Shown here in pieces: positions 18,820 through 28,971 of a stretch of 64,000 nucleotides of DNA. Every line of letters begins with the position of its first letter. The first letter of the stretch is position 1. The stretch covers positions 160,001 to 224,000 of the forward strand of contig CAXXXD010000004.1 of the NCBI GenBank assembly GCA_963663385.2. The letters run 5' to 3'. The stretch comes from Oceanispirochaeta sp. GTDB taxonomy: Bacteria > Spirochaetota > Spirochaetia > DSM-2461. The notes under the pieces were generated by a model. That model was not told the origin of the DNA. It did no database searches and saw only the letters and a list, made by a program, of their open reading frames with translations. Both the position numbers and the translations under genes were made by a program.

Positions 18820-19904
18820 ACAATCAAACCAAGTTCAGCCAGGGCATCTGTCATCTCCTGTTTTGGAGAGTCAGATACCGGCAGTTTTGTTCCTGTAATT
18901 TTTTCGGTCAGATCAATATAGAGCCGGCTGACTTCCATCATCTGTTCATCCTTCAGGCGGAAGGTCTCGGCAAGAGCTTTCCGTTCATCCATCCGGTTTT
19001 TGTTCAGCAGGACATCTTTGTCGGGAACACTGGCCTGGAGCATTTCCCGGAAGAACTCTTTGGAATCCTCCCGGATTTCCCCTTTGTCATAAAGGGCTTT
19101 GTCCCAGTAACGGGAGGAATCGGGGGTGCCGATCTCATCTATATAGATCATCCTGGCTCTATCTCCCTCTCCGCTGAAACCGAACTCAAACTTGGTGTCT
19201 ACAAATACTTTACCGATTTTTTCCAGCTCCCGGGATATCAGGCTGAATCCTTGGGAGAGCAGTTTTTCATAAGTCGTCACATCTTCCGCATTACGGAAGT
19301 TAAAGGCCTGGAGATTACCAAGAATCTGATCGCGGGTGATATTTACATCATCGATTTCGGGGATCCCTTCCACTCCGCTGATAATACCCTTTGTGGAGGG
19401 AGTGAGTAGAAGCTTGTCCAGTTTCTGATTCTTTTTTAAACCCTCCGGCAGGGTGATACCGCAGATATCCCGGTCTCCCTTCTCATAGGAACGCCACATG
19501 CTGCCTGTTATATACTGCCGGGCGATGGCTTCCACCATGACAGGCCGGGCTTTGCGGACAATCCAGACCAGGGGATGGGGATTATCTACAATATGATTCC
19601 CTGCCAGGCCTTCTTCTTCAAATCGGGTAAACCAGTAACGGGCTATGGTATTGAGAGCGGCGCCTTTGCCCGGAATCCCCTTTAATCCCCCCTCGCTCTG
19701 CCAGACGCATTCATAAGCGGAAATCCTGTCGCTGATGATCATAACCGCCAGTTCTTCATTTTCAAGGCCATAGCGACTGCACAGGCGCTTGTTGTCCTCA
19801 TCCGTCAGCCAGTATACAGACCGGACTTTCCCTGAATGGATCTTTCCTGCATGTCTGATGGGCAGGTCATCTGTATTCACCAGCGCTTTGTCTGTTATTG
19901 CCAT
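18816..19904 (-). CDS. purC: SAICAR synthetase, long Vibrio-type
   Basis: HSGKVRSVY, SDRISAYE, EAIARQYITGSMWRSY, TPSTKG, VDTKFEFG, DEIGTPDSSRYWD. Confidence 0.93.
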   Translation of the reverse strand: MAITDKALVNTDDLPIRHAGKIHSGKVRSVYWLTDEDNKRLCSRYGLENEELAVMIISDRISAYECVWQSEGGLKGIPGKGAALNTIARYWFTRFEEEGLAGNHIVDNPHPLVWIVRKARPVMVEAIARQYITGSMWRSYEKGDRDICGITLPEGLKKNQKLDKLLLTPSTKGIISGVEGIPEIDDVNITRDQILGNLQAFNFRNAEDVTTYEKLLSQGFSLISRELEKIGKVFVDTKFEFGFSGEGDRARMIYIDEIGTPDSSRYWDKALYDKGEIREDSKEFFREMLQASVPDKDVLLNKNRMDERKALAETFRLKDEQMMEVSRLYIDLTEKITGTKLPVSDSPKQEMTDALAELGLIV

Positions 19905-20059
19905 CGATTATCCCCCGTTATCCAGATGCTTATTTTCTATTCTGTTAAAAATCCGGTTAAGCTGAAATATGAAACAATAGTAAAATCTTCATTCATACGG
20001 ATTTACTCATGATTTATACTACTTGTCTGACCTCTTTATCAATAGCCTGGAGAGCTAAA

Positions 20060-20323
20060 TCATGCCATCGCCATGCTTCTTTCCCGTATCTCCCAGCATA
20101 TGGCAAAATACAGGTCATCAAAGAGTTCCATTTCCACCCCGGCTTCTTCCATCCTCTTTTTTATTACCCGTTCTGTGGCTTCCAGGTACATCCACCCCAG
20201 GGGATCGGTGTTCCGATTGCCGGTTATGGATGATCGCCATCCGTCATAGCGCGGTTTTACACTGCTGTAGAGATCGAGTATGGCGCTTTGCATTATATAG
20301 CTCATGTCTGTATTCATAGGCAT
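20060..20323 (-). CDS. Small hypothetical protein
   Basis: 87-aa ORF with protein-like composition filling the gap; start uncertain. Confidence 0.4.
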   Translation of the reverse strand: MPMNTDMSYIMQSAILDLYSSVKPRYDGWRSSITGNRNTDPLGWMYLEATERVIKKRMEEAGVEMELFDDLYFAICWEIRERSMAMA

Positions 20324-20412
20324 AAGTTAAAGGTCCCGTGTGACAAACCCTGGCACATGAAGTGAGATTTCCGGGATAATAACTGTTATACTTGCCGGCA
20401 AAGGAGTACGTT

Positions 20413-20589
20413 ATGTCAGATAATGCAGAAAAGGGCTGCCTGGAATATAAGCTGGAACGGATAAGGGAGCAGGAAGAGCTTATCGCTGCCTATCAGCAGA
20501 AGCTGAAGGATAATCCGGCGGATGCAGAGACGGCCGTAACCATAATGACTCTTCAGGTTGCTCTGGAAGAGTTGAAGAGCAACCTTTGA
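20413..20589 (+). CDS. Small coiled-coil hypothetical protein
   Basis: AAGGAG RBS before ATG 20413; 58 aa, helical pattern. Confidence 0.6.
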   Translation: MSDNAEKGCLEYKLERIREQEELIAAYQQKLKDNPADAETAVTIMTLQVALEELKSNL

Positions 20590-20612
20590 ATTCTGATGGG
20601 ACTGAATACTCC

Positions 20613-21275
20613 CTAATCTATCAGTTTCTGTAGATCCTCAATCTTATTAATCCTTAATCCGGGGTATCCGCTTCCAATCGTATTTTCATCAATCAGTTCT
20701 TTCATTACCCTGTTTAAGTGCCTGTATGTTGTTCCCAGCATTGAGGCCAGTGCTTCTTTTTCCGGTAGAATAATCACACTCCCGTTGGCGACATCAGGTT
20801 TGGACAGTATATAGAGAGCAAGTCTTGATTTTACCGGAACCAGATGACCGAGACGCAGGGTTGTTGAATTATGGAGTTTTTCAACCAGACCTTTACATAG
20901 AAATTTAAGGAAAATCGGGTCGTTAAGTCCCTCTTTTCGGGCAACAGGTACAGGAATCCCCAATACTTTAGATGGGCAGGTTGTTACAACGGAGGTCATA
21001 GTCAGGTCGTTGCCAATGATTTCAACATCTCCCAGTATGGCAAAAGGGTGCATCATCGCGACTACTGCCAGAGTTCCGTTTGAATTGTAATGGGCACACT
21101 TGATTTGACCATCCACCAGAAAGTACAGATAGGATATTTCTGTCTGTTCTCTCATAATTGTATCATAGGCGTTAAAATGGAACAGTTGCAGGTGTTCTAT
21201 TAATTTTTCGTTCAGGAAGCGGTCCATCCTGAATCTGTCTATATAGTCCCTGATTTCACTACCGGATAACACCAT
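20613..21275 (-). CDS. Crp/Fnr-family regulator (YeiL-like)
   Basis: LYFLVDG, LGDVE cNMP-binding fold, RLALYIL, HTH LASMLGTTYRHLNRV. Confidence 0.88.
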   Translation of the reverse strand: MVLSGSEIRDYIDRFRMDRFLNEKLIEHLQLFHFNAYDTIMREQTEISYLYFLVDGQIKCAHYNSNGTLAVVAMMHPFAILGDVEIIGNDLTMTSVVTTCPSKVLGIPVPVARKEGLNDPIFLKFLCKGLVEKLHNSTTLRLGHLVPVKSRLALYILSKPDVANGSVIILPEKEALASMLGTTYRHLNRVMKELIDENTIGSGYPGLRINKIEDLQKLID

Positions 21276-21335
21276 AATTCCTCTCGTTTTCTGATGGATA
21301 ATCTAATTATAGTTCATTGGGAAGAAAATGATTAA

Positions 21336-21345
21336 GACATATGTC
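21336..21345. promoter_or_regulatory. Palindrome GACATATGTC, putative site for the adjacent Crp-family regulator
   Basis: Perfect 10-bp palindrome 60 bp upstream of the regulator start, in a divergent promoter region. Confidence 0.5.
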
Positions 21346-21407
21346 CTGGAGTTGATTTCTATCCGGGAGTAAATTCTATTTATGGCTGATCTGAAGGAGA
21401 GTACAGG

Positions 21408-21596
21408 ATGTATGAAGGGTATGGGAAAAAAAAGGAGAGAATATCCGGGAATGATACTAACCTCACTGAAGAGGCAGTAGAAACGGCTGAAGAATCCCTG
21501 TTTTATAAAAGTATAGCAGAAGCTCTCCAGCTGATAGACCTGGAGAAAGATCTTCAAAAACGTTCAGAATTATCAAAAGCTTATAAATCCCGCTGA
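21408..21596 (+). CDS. Small hypothetical protein
   Basis: 62-aa ORF; AAGGAG near the start; start codon ambiguous. Confidence 0.35.
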   Translation: MYEGYGKKKERISGNDTNLTEEAVETAEESLFYKSIAEALQLIDLEKDLQKRSELSKAYKSR

Positions 21597-21713
21597 TTTT
21601 ACTCCTGAAAGTTTTAATGATTTTTATTTATTCTCTCGCTATAATACTACCTGCTGGAAACAGTATTAAATCACCATTTTGCTGCTGTACATTAACAAAC
21701 GAGGTTAAAGATC

Positions 21714-22316
21714 ATGCCCGGTACTAGCGAAAAAGAAAACTATCAATCCGATTCCCGGAAACGTAAAGAAAAGGTGGCTGCGGATGTTGCCCGGGCAAAG
21801 GAAGAGCGGGGTATTGTTCTTCTGATCACGGGAAACGGGAAGGGAAAAAGTACCGCCGGGTTCGGTGTGGTGTCCAGAAGTGTCGGGCATGGGTACAAGG
21901 CGGCGGTTGCCCAGTTTATTAAAGGGAAATGGGCCTGCGGGGAGCGGATCCTTCTGGAGGAAAAGGGGGTCCCCTTTTCGGTCATGGCTACGGGATTTAC
22001 CTGGAATACCCAGGACCGGGAGGCTGATATTGCCGCTGCGGAAAAGGTCTGGGCTGAGGCGAAACAGTATCTGGCCGACCCCGGGTATCATGTGGTTCTG
22101 CTGGATGAGCTGACCTATATGCTGGAGTATAAATACCTGGATACGGACGAAGTTCTTCAGACTATTGCCAACAGACCGAAAGAGCAGTCAGTTGTGATTA
22201 CCGGGAGGGGAGCCATCCCCGAACTGAAAGACCTGGCGGATACAGTAAGTGAAATACAGGATATAAAACATGCCTTCCGATCCGGGGTTAAGGCCCGTAA
22301 GGGGATTGACTGGTAG
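21714..22316 (+). CDS. cobO: Cob(I)alamin adenosyltransferase
   Basis: TGNGKGKSTAGFG, QFIKG, GFTW, LLDEL, ITGR, HAFRSGVKARKGIDW. Confidence 0.95.
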   Translation: MPGTSEKENYQSDSRKRKEKVAADVARAKEERGIVLLITGNGKGKSTAGFGVVSRSVGHGYKAAVAQFIKGKWACGERILLEEKGVPFSVMATGFTWNTQDREADIAAAEKVWAEAKQYLADPGYHVVLLDELTYMLEYKYLDTDEVLQTIANRPKEQSVVITGRGAIPELKDLADTVSEIQDIKHAFRSGVKARKGIDW

Positions 22317-22343
22317 GGAAATATGACAGTCATTGCCGGATGA

Positions 22344-24044
22344 CTAATTCGTAATAAACCTGTTAATCTCCTTGCTCAGAATCAGAACATTATCCCGGTT
22401 TTCCGCATTAAGGTTCATAACAGTTCCAATTCGCTGGTTGATGTTATTGGAACTCTCTTCGATCTCCTTGATATCCTTGCGGACCACTTCCGCTATGTCA
22501 TTGATTTTCTTCATGGAGTCTTTGATAATCTCTGTCCCTTCCAGCATTTCCACAGAACCCTTATCAACTTCTCCTGAAATATCCTGAAGGGTGCCTATCA
22601 TATGCAGAACATTGGAGCTGCCCAGAGCCATTTCAGACATGGAGCCGGAAATCTCTACGAACGCACTCGTTACTTCTTCAATTCCTTTCAGGATACTTTC
22701 AAAGGCTGATCTAGTGGCTTCGGCGGAATCCTGCAGCAGGGCCACCCGGTTGATGGACTCTTTCAGGGTGAGGTTTATCTGTTTGGCGTTGTCTGAAGTT
22801 GATTCGGCAAGATTCCGGATCTCCGATGCTACAACAGCGAAGCCCTTCCCGTATTCGCCGGCATGGGCTGCTTCAATAGCCGCATTCATGGAAAGCAGGT
22901 TGGTTTTGGAGGCGATAGCATTTATGACATTGACGACCTGAAGCATATTATCCACGTCACCGGCAATATTCTGAATAATGGCGTTGGTATTCTCCAGTTT
23001 TTCCCGCCCCTCTTCCGTTAACTTCACTACCTGATCTGTCGATTGAATCTTGTCCTCGGAAACCCTGCTGATATTGGTCACCGCAGAGGCAATCTCTTCA
23101 ATTCCGGCAGAACTCTCATGAATTGCCTCTGACTGTACCGCAATCTTGCTGTTTAAACCGTTAAGATTGGATAGAACCTGATCTATAGCTGCTGTGGAGT
23201 CGGAAATCCTGTTGTTCAGATGATCAAACTGTTCGCTTATGGATTTGATACTGCCGGTAATTTCTTCAACCTCCCGGACAGAATGGTCTACATGGGAATA
23301 GATCTCATCTCCTGTTTCGGCTGTTTTATTGAAGGATATTTTTAAGTCGGTGATGATATGATTCAACGACCCGGAAAAAATATTGAAAAAACGTGACAGT
23401 TGACCGATTTCATCATCAGACCGCACTGTCAGTACCTTCGTCAGGTCTCCCGCTCCTTCAGAAATATCTTTCAGTCCGGAACTAACGGTATAAAGGGGGT
23501 TGAGCACAAGAAAGTGTAAAACAATGACGGTAATCAGAATAAGCACAATCCCCAGGATAACTGATTGGACAATAACCGTTACCATTTCATCCAGTAAGCG
23601 GCTGCGAATCCCGGAATCCGTAACATAGGCTGTCAGTACGCCCAGGGGTTCGTCCTCCATTACAATTTTCATCGAATCCTTCAGGTAGTAATCCTCCGGA
23701 TCAAGCCCATGTTCATCCCAGGAAATGAACTCGGAAATCTCATCTGTTGCGGTTTTATATCTTCCCAGCAACAGATTGTCATTCTGATATATCAGAACCG
23801 TCTGAATATTCTCATCCTGCATCCCTTCCACGATCATGGATGCCATATTCTCTTCATTAAAATACCACAGGGGTTCGCTTAAGCTCTCAGAAAGCCGTAT
23901 GACTGATTCCCTGGTACACTGGGTAAGTTCAGACTCCAAACGGTTTTTATTAAAGGAATACGATATGAATGATGAGATGGACAGCAGGATGAATATGGAA
24001 AGAGACTGAACGATTACTATTTTAATTCTTAGATTAAATTTCAT
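22344..24044 (-). CDS. Methyl-accepting chemotaxis protein
   Basis: Two TM, HAMP (GDLT...DEIGQL), [34 protein letters not shown]. Confidence 0.95.
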   Translation of the reverse strand: MKFNLRIKIVIVQSLSIFILLSISSFISYSFNKNRLESELTQCTRESVIRLSESLSEPLWYFNEENMASMIVEGMQDENIQTVLIYQNDNLLLGRYKTATDEISEFISWDEHGLDPEDYYLKDSMKIVMEDEPLGVLTAYVTDSGIRSRLLDEMVTVIVQSVILGIVLILITVIVLHFLVLNPLYTVSSGLKDISEGAGDLTKVLTVRSDDEIGQLSRFFNIFSGSLNHIITDLKISFNKTAETGDEIYSHVDHSVREVEEITGSIKSISEQFDHLNNRISDSTAAIDQVLSNLNGLNSKIAVQSEAIHESSAGIEEIASAVTNISRVSEDKIQSTDQVVKLTEEGREKLENTNAIIQNIAGDVDNMLQVVNVINAIASKTNLLSMNAAIEAAHAGEYGKGFAVVASEIRNLAESTSDNAKQINLTLKESINRVALLQDSAEATRSAFESILKGIEEVTSAFVEISGSMSEMALGSSNVLHMIGTLQDISGEVDKGSVEMLEGTEIIKDSMKKINDIAEVVRKDIKEIEESSNNINQRIGTVMNLNAENRDNVLILSKEINRFITN

Positions 24045-24053
24045 ATGGGCCTA

Positions 24054-24803
24054 TTATTCAAAGAGTTCCGAATACCATTCGCCGGAATCCCAGTTCTCAA
24101 ATATGGCAAGCAGCTCCCCGCTTTTCATCATTTCATTTATACGGACATCCCATTTACCGGCCAGCTCCTTACCCCTTTGATTGCCCTGAAAGCACATATA
24201 CAGTTCAAGGTTCTTAATGCTTTCGATCGATACAATATCTGCATACTGGGGGAAATCCTCAATCATGCTCTCCAGTTCGCTGCAGGCGTCAAGGTAATAA
24301 TCCACTCTCCCGGCCTTCAGCATTTTCAATGCGGTCTCACGGTCATCCACCTCAAAAATCTTTATAGGCACATCAATGTACTCATCAAGTTCATAGCCGC
24401 GTATATAGGAACATCTTGTGTCTTTTAATCCGGGTTCACCGCCCCAGGAGGATGAATTCGCGGAAAGGAAGAGGGCGCTTACATCATCTGCATCGAAGAA
24501 TAAATCAGGATACGTCACTCCTTCGATCTCATCCGCATAAGATCCGACCATAACGTCAGCCTGTCCCTTCTGGATCAGGACCGTCGAACGGGCATAGGGG
24601 ACGATTTTGAAATTAACAGAAATCCCCTCTTTTTCAAATACAGCTCTTAAAATATCAAAATAGAGACCTGTCCCATCTGTATTCGTGGCATCTTCCCACT
24701 CTTCCGTTACAACCAGAATCTGATCGGTAGACTGTGCGGTCAGGATTGACGGCATTAAGATGCACAGGATCATGATACAGATCCATCCCGTTTTTCTTTT
24801 CAT
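24054..24803 (-). CDS. Family 3 solute-binding protein
   Basis: Signal peptide, GLYFDIL..F...GI, PYAR, IRGY, ML..GRVDY, G.L..IF..W. Confidence 0.8.
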   Translation of the reverse strand: MKRKTGWICIMILCILMPSILTAQSTDQILVVTEEWEDATNTDGTGLYFDILRAVFEKEGISVNFKIVPYARSTVLIQKGQADVMVGSYADEIEGVTYPDLFFDADDVSALFLSANSSSWGGEPGLKDTRCSYIRGYELDEYIDVPIKIFEVDDRETALKMLKAGRVDYYLDACSELESMIEDFPQYADIVSIESIKNLELYMCFQGNQRGKELAGKWDVRINEMMKSGELLAIFENWDSGEWYSELFE

Positions 24804-24984
24804 TTCAAATTCCTCGCTTATTTATTCACTTATGTTTAATGAGATAATGAATTTTAGTCCTCACTTTCATGAATTACCATTTTTTTTTACAATTTATATA
24901 CTTTTCAGGGGGGCGACTGTCCAGTCAGTCTGCTTTGTAATCTTTGAAATTTGATGCAGGAGCAGACGTGTCTCAGAATGTAGT

Positions 24985-26589
24985 TTAACCATCCGCCATT
25001 CTGGCAAGCCTGAAACTGTAGGACGTACTGATTGAGGATGTTCCTACAAAAATTACATAACCGTTTCCTGCAGAGTAGGAAACAGAGTTGAAAGAGCCGC
25101 CTTTCAGTATCCGATCCGAGGTTGTCTCTCCATAGGACGCGGTAAATTCATAAGCATTTCCCCCCATATCATAGAGACCAAGAAGATTTTTGGTTTTCCC
25201 TTTGACCCTCTGTGTCGCACCTACAGAATTGTTGTACCAGGCAACCAGGTCCGTTGCGGTTGAATTGGAGGTTGTATCGGTTGCGCCGCTGGCATAATTG
25301 CCCGGATACCAGTACCTCCCGCTGCTGGCAGGGTATTCAACCGCTCCGTCCGCACTGTTCGCTCCCTTCCAGCGGGCGGCCAGTTCCCATTCGGGGGCGG
25401 TGGGCAGGCGGAACCCGTCCGAGGCGGCTTCTGTTGTCGGTGTCGTAACGCTTAAAGCGTTTCTCACAGGTGTTCCCCCATCTGTGTAAACACAGCTGTA
25501 AGTCGTATTCTGCCGGTCATTGTACCATTCGGTCAGGGCATTGCAGAAAATGACGGCATCTGCCCAGTAGACCCTTGTGACCGGTTTGGTTTCATCCCCA
25601 TTGGTGGAGGGGGCTGCATTGGCTATGCCGTCGCTTCCCTCTCTGCTGTCGGTGGTGCGGAATGTATAGGCCGGGGAGGCTGTATTTTCCGCCCAGTCCT
25701 TTACTGTATACCAGAGTTTGTAGGTCAGTTCCGTTTCGGCTATCCAGTAGGCACCGGTAACTGTTTCTTCTCCGTCCGGGTCGTCAATACCGGTATCCAG
25801 CAGATCGCCGTCGCCATTTCCATCTCCCGCATCATCCACTCCGGTGGGGAAAGCCAGTCCCCCCGGAACATAGACCAGGCTGAAACTGATCCCCGAGACT
25901 GAGAATATCTGCTGATCTCCGGGATCGTATACGTAATCGACCGTAACAGCGCAGGAGGCATTGTGACCACCGCTCACTGTCGTGACAGTTATCAGAGCGG
26001 TTCCTTCCGCCCCGGCTGTTACCAAGCCGTTTGAATTTACCGTAGCGACCGCTTCGTTGCTGCTGCTCCAGTTGACCGACTTGTCTGTGGCATCCGATGG
26101 GGACACTGTTGCCGTTAACTGCAGAGTTTCGCCGGCTCCTGTCAGGGTACTGGCGCTTTCATTCAATGTGACGCCCGTTACGGGGACTGCTTCTTCTTCT
26201 ACCGTAACATCGCAGGTTGCCGCATAGCCACCGTCGGTTGTGGTAACAGTAATCGTGGCTGTGCCTGTTGATTCCGCTGTTACCAAACCCTCTGAGTCGA
26301 CGGTTGTCACGGTCCCGTCGCTGCTGCTCCAGCTGACGGATGGATCTGTGGCTTCTGCCGGTGAAACTGTTGCTGTTAACTGAACTGTATTTCCGATTCC
26401 TGTTATTGTGAGTTCCGGAGTATTCAGAACCACTCCCGTAACACGGACTTCCGGGATTTCCTCTTCCTCGTAATTATCGGATTCGATTTTCTCTTCAATG
26501 AATTCAGTGACAGGGGAGTTTATCTCGCAGGACCAGAACAGACCGGACAGGAGAGACAGCAGTATAAGAATCTTTATTTCATCAGCCAT
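24985..26589 (-). CDS. Lipoprotein with two Big_2 Ig-like domains and a C-terminal FGE-sulfatase (C-type-lectin fold) domain
   Basis: Lipobox LFWSC; two V.VTGV.LN...QLTATVSP..ATD.SV.WSSS...VTV repeats; PVTRVYW.DA..FCN, GFRLPTAPEWELAAR, N.LGLYDMGGN, KGGSF, FRLAR. Confidence 0.88.
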   Translation of the reverse strand: MADEIKILILLSLLSGLFWSCEINSPVTEFIEEKIESDNYEEEEIPEVRVTGVVLNTPELTITGIGNTVQLTATVSPAEATDPSVSWSSSDGTVTTVDSEGLVTAESTGTATITVTTTDGGYAATCDVTVEEEAVPVTGVTLNESASTLTGAGETLQLTATVSPSDATDKSVNWSSSNEAVATVNSNGLVTAGAEGTALITVTTVSGGHNASCAVTVDYVYDPGDQQIFSVSGISFSLVYVPGGLAFPTGVDDAGDGNGDGDLLDTGIDDPDGEETVTGAYWIAETELTYKLWYTVKDWAENTASPAYTFRTTDSREGSDGIANAAPSTNGDETKPVTRVYWADAVIFCNALTEWYNDRQNTTYSCVYTDGGTPVRNALSVTTPTTEAASDGFRLPTAPEWELAARWKGANSADGAVEYPASSGRYWYPGNYASGATDTTSNSTATDLVAWYNNSVGATQRVKGKTKNLLGLYDMGGNAYEFTASYGETTSDRILKGGSFNSVSYSAGNGYVIFVGTSSISTSYSFRLARMADG

Positions 26590-28724
26590 TACTCGTCCTC
26601 CTCATCCCAGAGCACAATATCCTTCAGTCCTGTCGCGTCCGCTGCACGCTGGGACTCTTCGCCTCTCAGATCCAGATAGGCAAACCGCATGGCCAGATCG
26701 GGGTCCAGGGTTTTAAGAGCGGCATAACTGCTTTTAACGATTCCGTAATTTTCCAGCTCATGATTACACCGTGCCGAAGCCAGTAAGGCTGATTTGTTAT
26801 TACCGTTGATAAGCAGCGCTCTGTTGTAGAAGTCCAGAGCTGTAACATAGTTTTTAAGCACGAAGTAGATATTCCCGGCATTAATCAGGGCCGGAGGATA
26901 ACTATGCTCTGCGGCAATTGAATCGAAAATCTTCAGGGCTTTATCGTACAGTCCGTATCTGGCATAGAGAACGGCCAGGGAATTTTCCTGTTTATATGGG
27001 GTTTCGCTACTGGCAATCCGCTGTTGAATACGCGCCGCCTGAGGATAGATTTCCCGCTCTACATGCCTTTGGATACTGTTAAGAAAGGCGGTTTCCACCT
27101 CACTCCTGTCCGGAAGAAGCAGGTTTGAAGATCCTTCCCGGAATCCCACCGGCTGATAAGATCTCCATGCCTCTCTGGTCGGATAGATCCGGGCCTGTTT
27201 CCGGCTGTTGTGTTCCCTCCACTCTTTGGCGCCCGTATTCCATGCAGAATCGAATGTTTCCTGAAACATTGTAATTTCAACAGGAATCCAGACTTTGTCG
27301 GCCTGAAAGATCAGATTATCCGGTTGTGAGAAGCTCTTTCTGGCTTCATCGGGAGTCATTTCCAGAGCAAATGCGGCATAGATATGCCCGGGAACAGTTA
27401 TAACCGCCGTCTCTACCCCAATCGCTTCGAGAAGGGCCGTATACAAGGCAGAGAGGTCGTCGCAGTCTCCGTTTGTATACAGAAGGGTCTGTCTGGGAAA
27501 CTGAAGAAAATCTATGGATGTTACATCCTCCGAGTATTCAGTAAAGGGGGTGGACGGATCAATTTCATATCGTATTCCGTAGGCTTTGACGGCTTCGAAC
27601 AACGCAAGGCCCTTCTGGAAATTATCATCCACCGCAGGGTTTTTTATAGCCTGAATCCATGACATGACATTTTTGGCAAAACCAAGGATTTCCGGGTCCT
27701 TGGCCGTAATAAAGGAGGCTATTTTACGGTCATCATCCCAGGAAAGGGCATTCCTGTTATAGAACTCAACAACCGGATTGAGCTCTATGGAGGATGGGGT
27801 GTCATCCATCAGATAGGATATGGTTATCCTGGCAGAGGCTTTGGTCCCCTCTGTAATTTCCATCAGGTCTTCCGTAAAAAGTCCGAACAGGTCCACCTGC
27901 CTTTCTTCGCCGGGGTTTAACGAGAAGTTCTCACTGATGGCCATGGGATTATCCATATAGCGTTCGACAAAAAACTGTATGCTGATATTTTCTGCCGGGG
28001 TTTTGTCAGTATTGATAAGATTCAGGGAGCCGATCGGCATGGTATCGTAGTACTTGTACAGTACAGGGAAAATCGGATTAATTACCGTTTCCTCAACAAT
28101 AATCCCCTTACCCTTCTGCTTTAAAAGCTCGATACCAGGCTCCTCCTTTCGGGTTCTGACAGCCTTCTCCTGTTTCTGCACGGGGAATCCCACATCAAGG
28201 TAGATATCTATTCCAATTCCATTATACAGATTGAAATAGTAGTCATAGGATGGTCCTGCCCCAAGGGAAAACCGGTCATTCAACCTGATTAGAGCCGTCA
28301 GGCTCCCCCGCAGCATCAGGTCTCCTCCATTATTGTTCTCACCGCTCCAATCCATGGTATTCCATAGATAGTAACCGGCGCTGCCCTGAGCCAGAAGGGC
28401 GAGCTGCTGTGTAACCGGAACCTTAACGGCAGGTCCCCCGTATCCTGCCAGAACGCGTATGTAACCGGATGTCTCAACAGGCAGCAGGGCAACCCGGGCA
28501 CCGGCTCCTATACCCGGGAGGAGTGTTCTTTCGGGGATATAGGATGTGTTCGCATCAATAGCTCCGCCGAATTTGAAAAGATCACTGCTTGAACCGAGAG
28601 GCATAAGTCCGGAAGGGATAACCCTGGTTGAAAAAGTCCCTGCTTTTTCCGGCTCAGTGGTTTGGCTGTATAAATGGAAAACTGTAAATAGTGAAAGGAA
28701 TGATATAAATATTAGGAGTTTCAA
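26589..28724 (-). CDS. Outer-membrane beta-barrel / transglutaminase-like / TPR multidomain protein (paralog A)
   Basis: TTG start with TAAGGAGG RBS; signal peptide, about 160 aa of amphipathic beta-strands, FPVLYKYY, DFLQFP.QTL....GDCDDLS, PGHIY, WIPVEIT, C-terminal TPRs. Confidence 0.8.
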   Translation of the reverse strand: MKLLIFISFLSLFTVFHLYSQTTEPEKAGTFSTRVIPSGLMPLGSSSDLFKFGGAIDANTSYIPERTLLPGIGAGARVALLPVETSGYIRVLAGYGGPAVKVPVTQQLALLAQGSAGYYLWNTMDWSGENNNGGDLMLRGSLTALIRLNDRFSLGAGPSYDYYFNLYNGIGIDIYLDVGFPVQKQEKAVRTRKEEPGIELLKQKGKGIIVEETVINPIFPVLYKYYDTMPIGSLNLINTDKTPAENISIQFFVERYMDNPMAISENFSLNPGEERQVDLFGLFTEDLMEITEGTKASARITISYLMDDTPSSIELNPVVEFYNRNALSWDDDRKIASFITAKDPEILGFAKNVMSWIQAIKNPAVDDNFQKGLALFEAVKAYGIRYEIDPSTPFTEYSEDVTSIDFLQFPRQTLLYTNGDCDDLSALYTALLEAIGVETAVITVPGHIYAAFALEMTPDEARKSFSQPDNLIFQADKVWIPVEITMFQETFDSAWNTGAKEWREHNSRKQARIYPTREAWRSYQPVGFREGSSNLLLPDRSEVETAFLNSIQRHVEREIYPQAARIQQRIASSETPYKQENSLAVLYARYGLYDKALKIFDSIAAEHSYPPALINAGNIYFVLKNYVTALDFYNRALLINGNNKSALLASARCNHELENYGIVKSSYAALKTLDPDLAMRFAYLDLRGEESQRAADATGLKDIVLWDEEDE

Positions 28725-28971
28725 GGTGTCCTCCTTATCTGTTAATTATAAGAGATAGAAAGTGATATTTAAAGGAATAGCTGACGGATCAGATAAAACA
28801 TTCCCGTATAAAAATACAGTAATCCAATTCAATCTTTTTCGATTTTAGTGCTATAATCAAAATCTCAGCAATTATGCTGCAAAAATCTATGGATTTAATT
28901 GCAATAAATTTACCTTTTACCGGATTTACCTCATTTTATGTTTTTGGTAGAAGGAAAAAACGGAGAGGATA

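Noticed and set aside
20351..20366. Sigma54 promoter at TGGCACATGAAGTGAG
   Set aside because: The -12 element lacks the required GC
24985..26589. Active diversity-generating retroelement
   Set aside because: No reverse transcriptase, accessory gene or adenine-variant template repeat in the window
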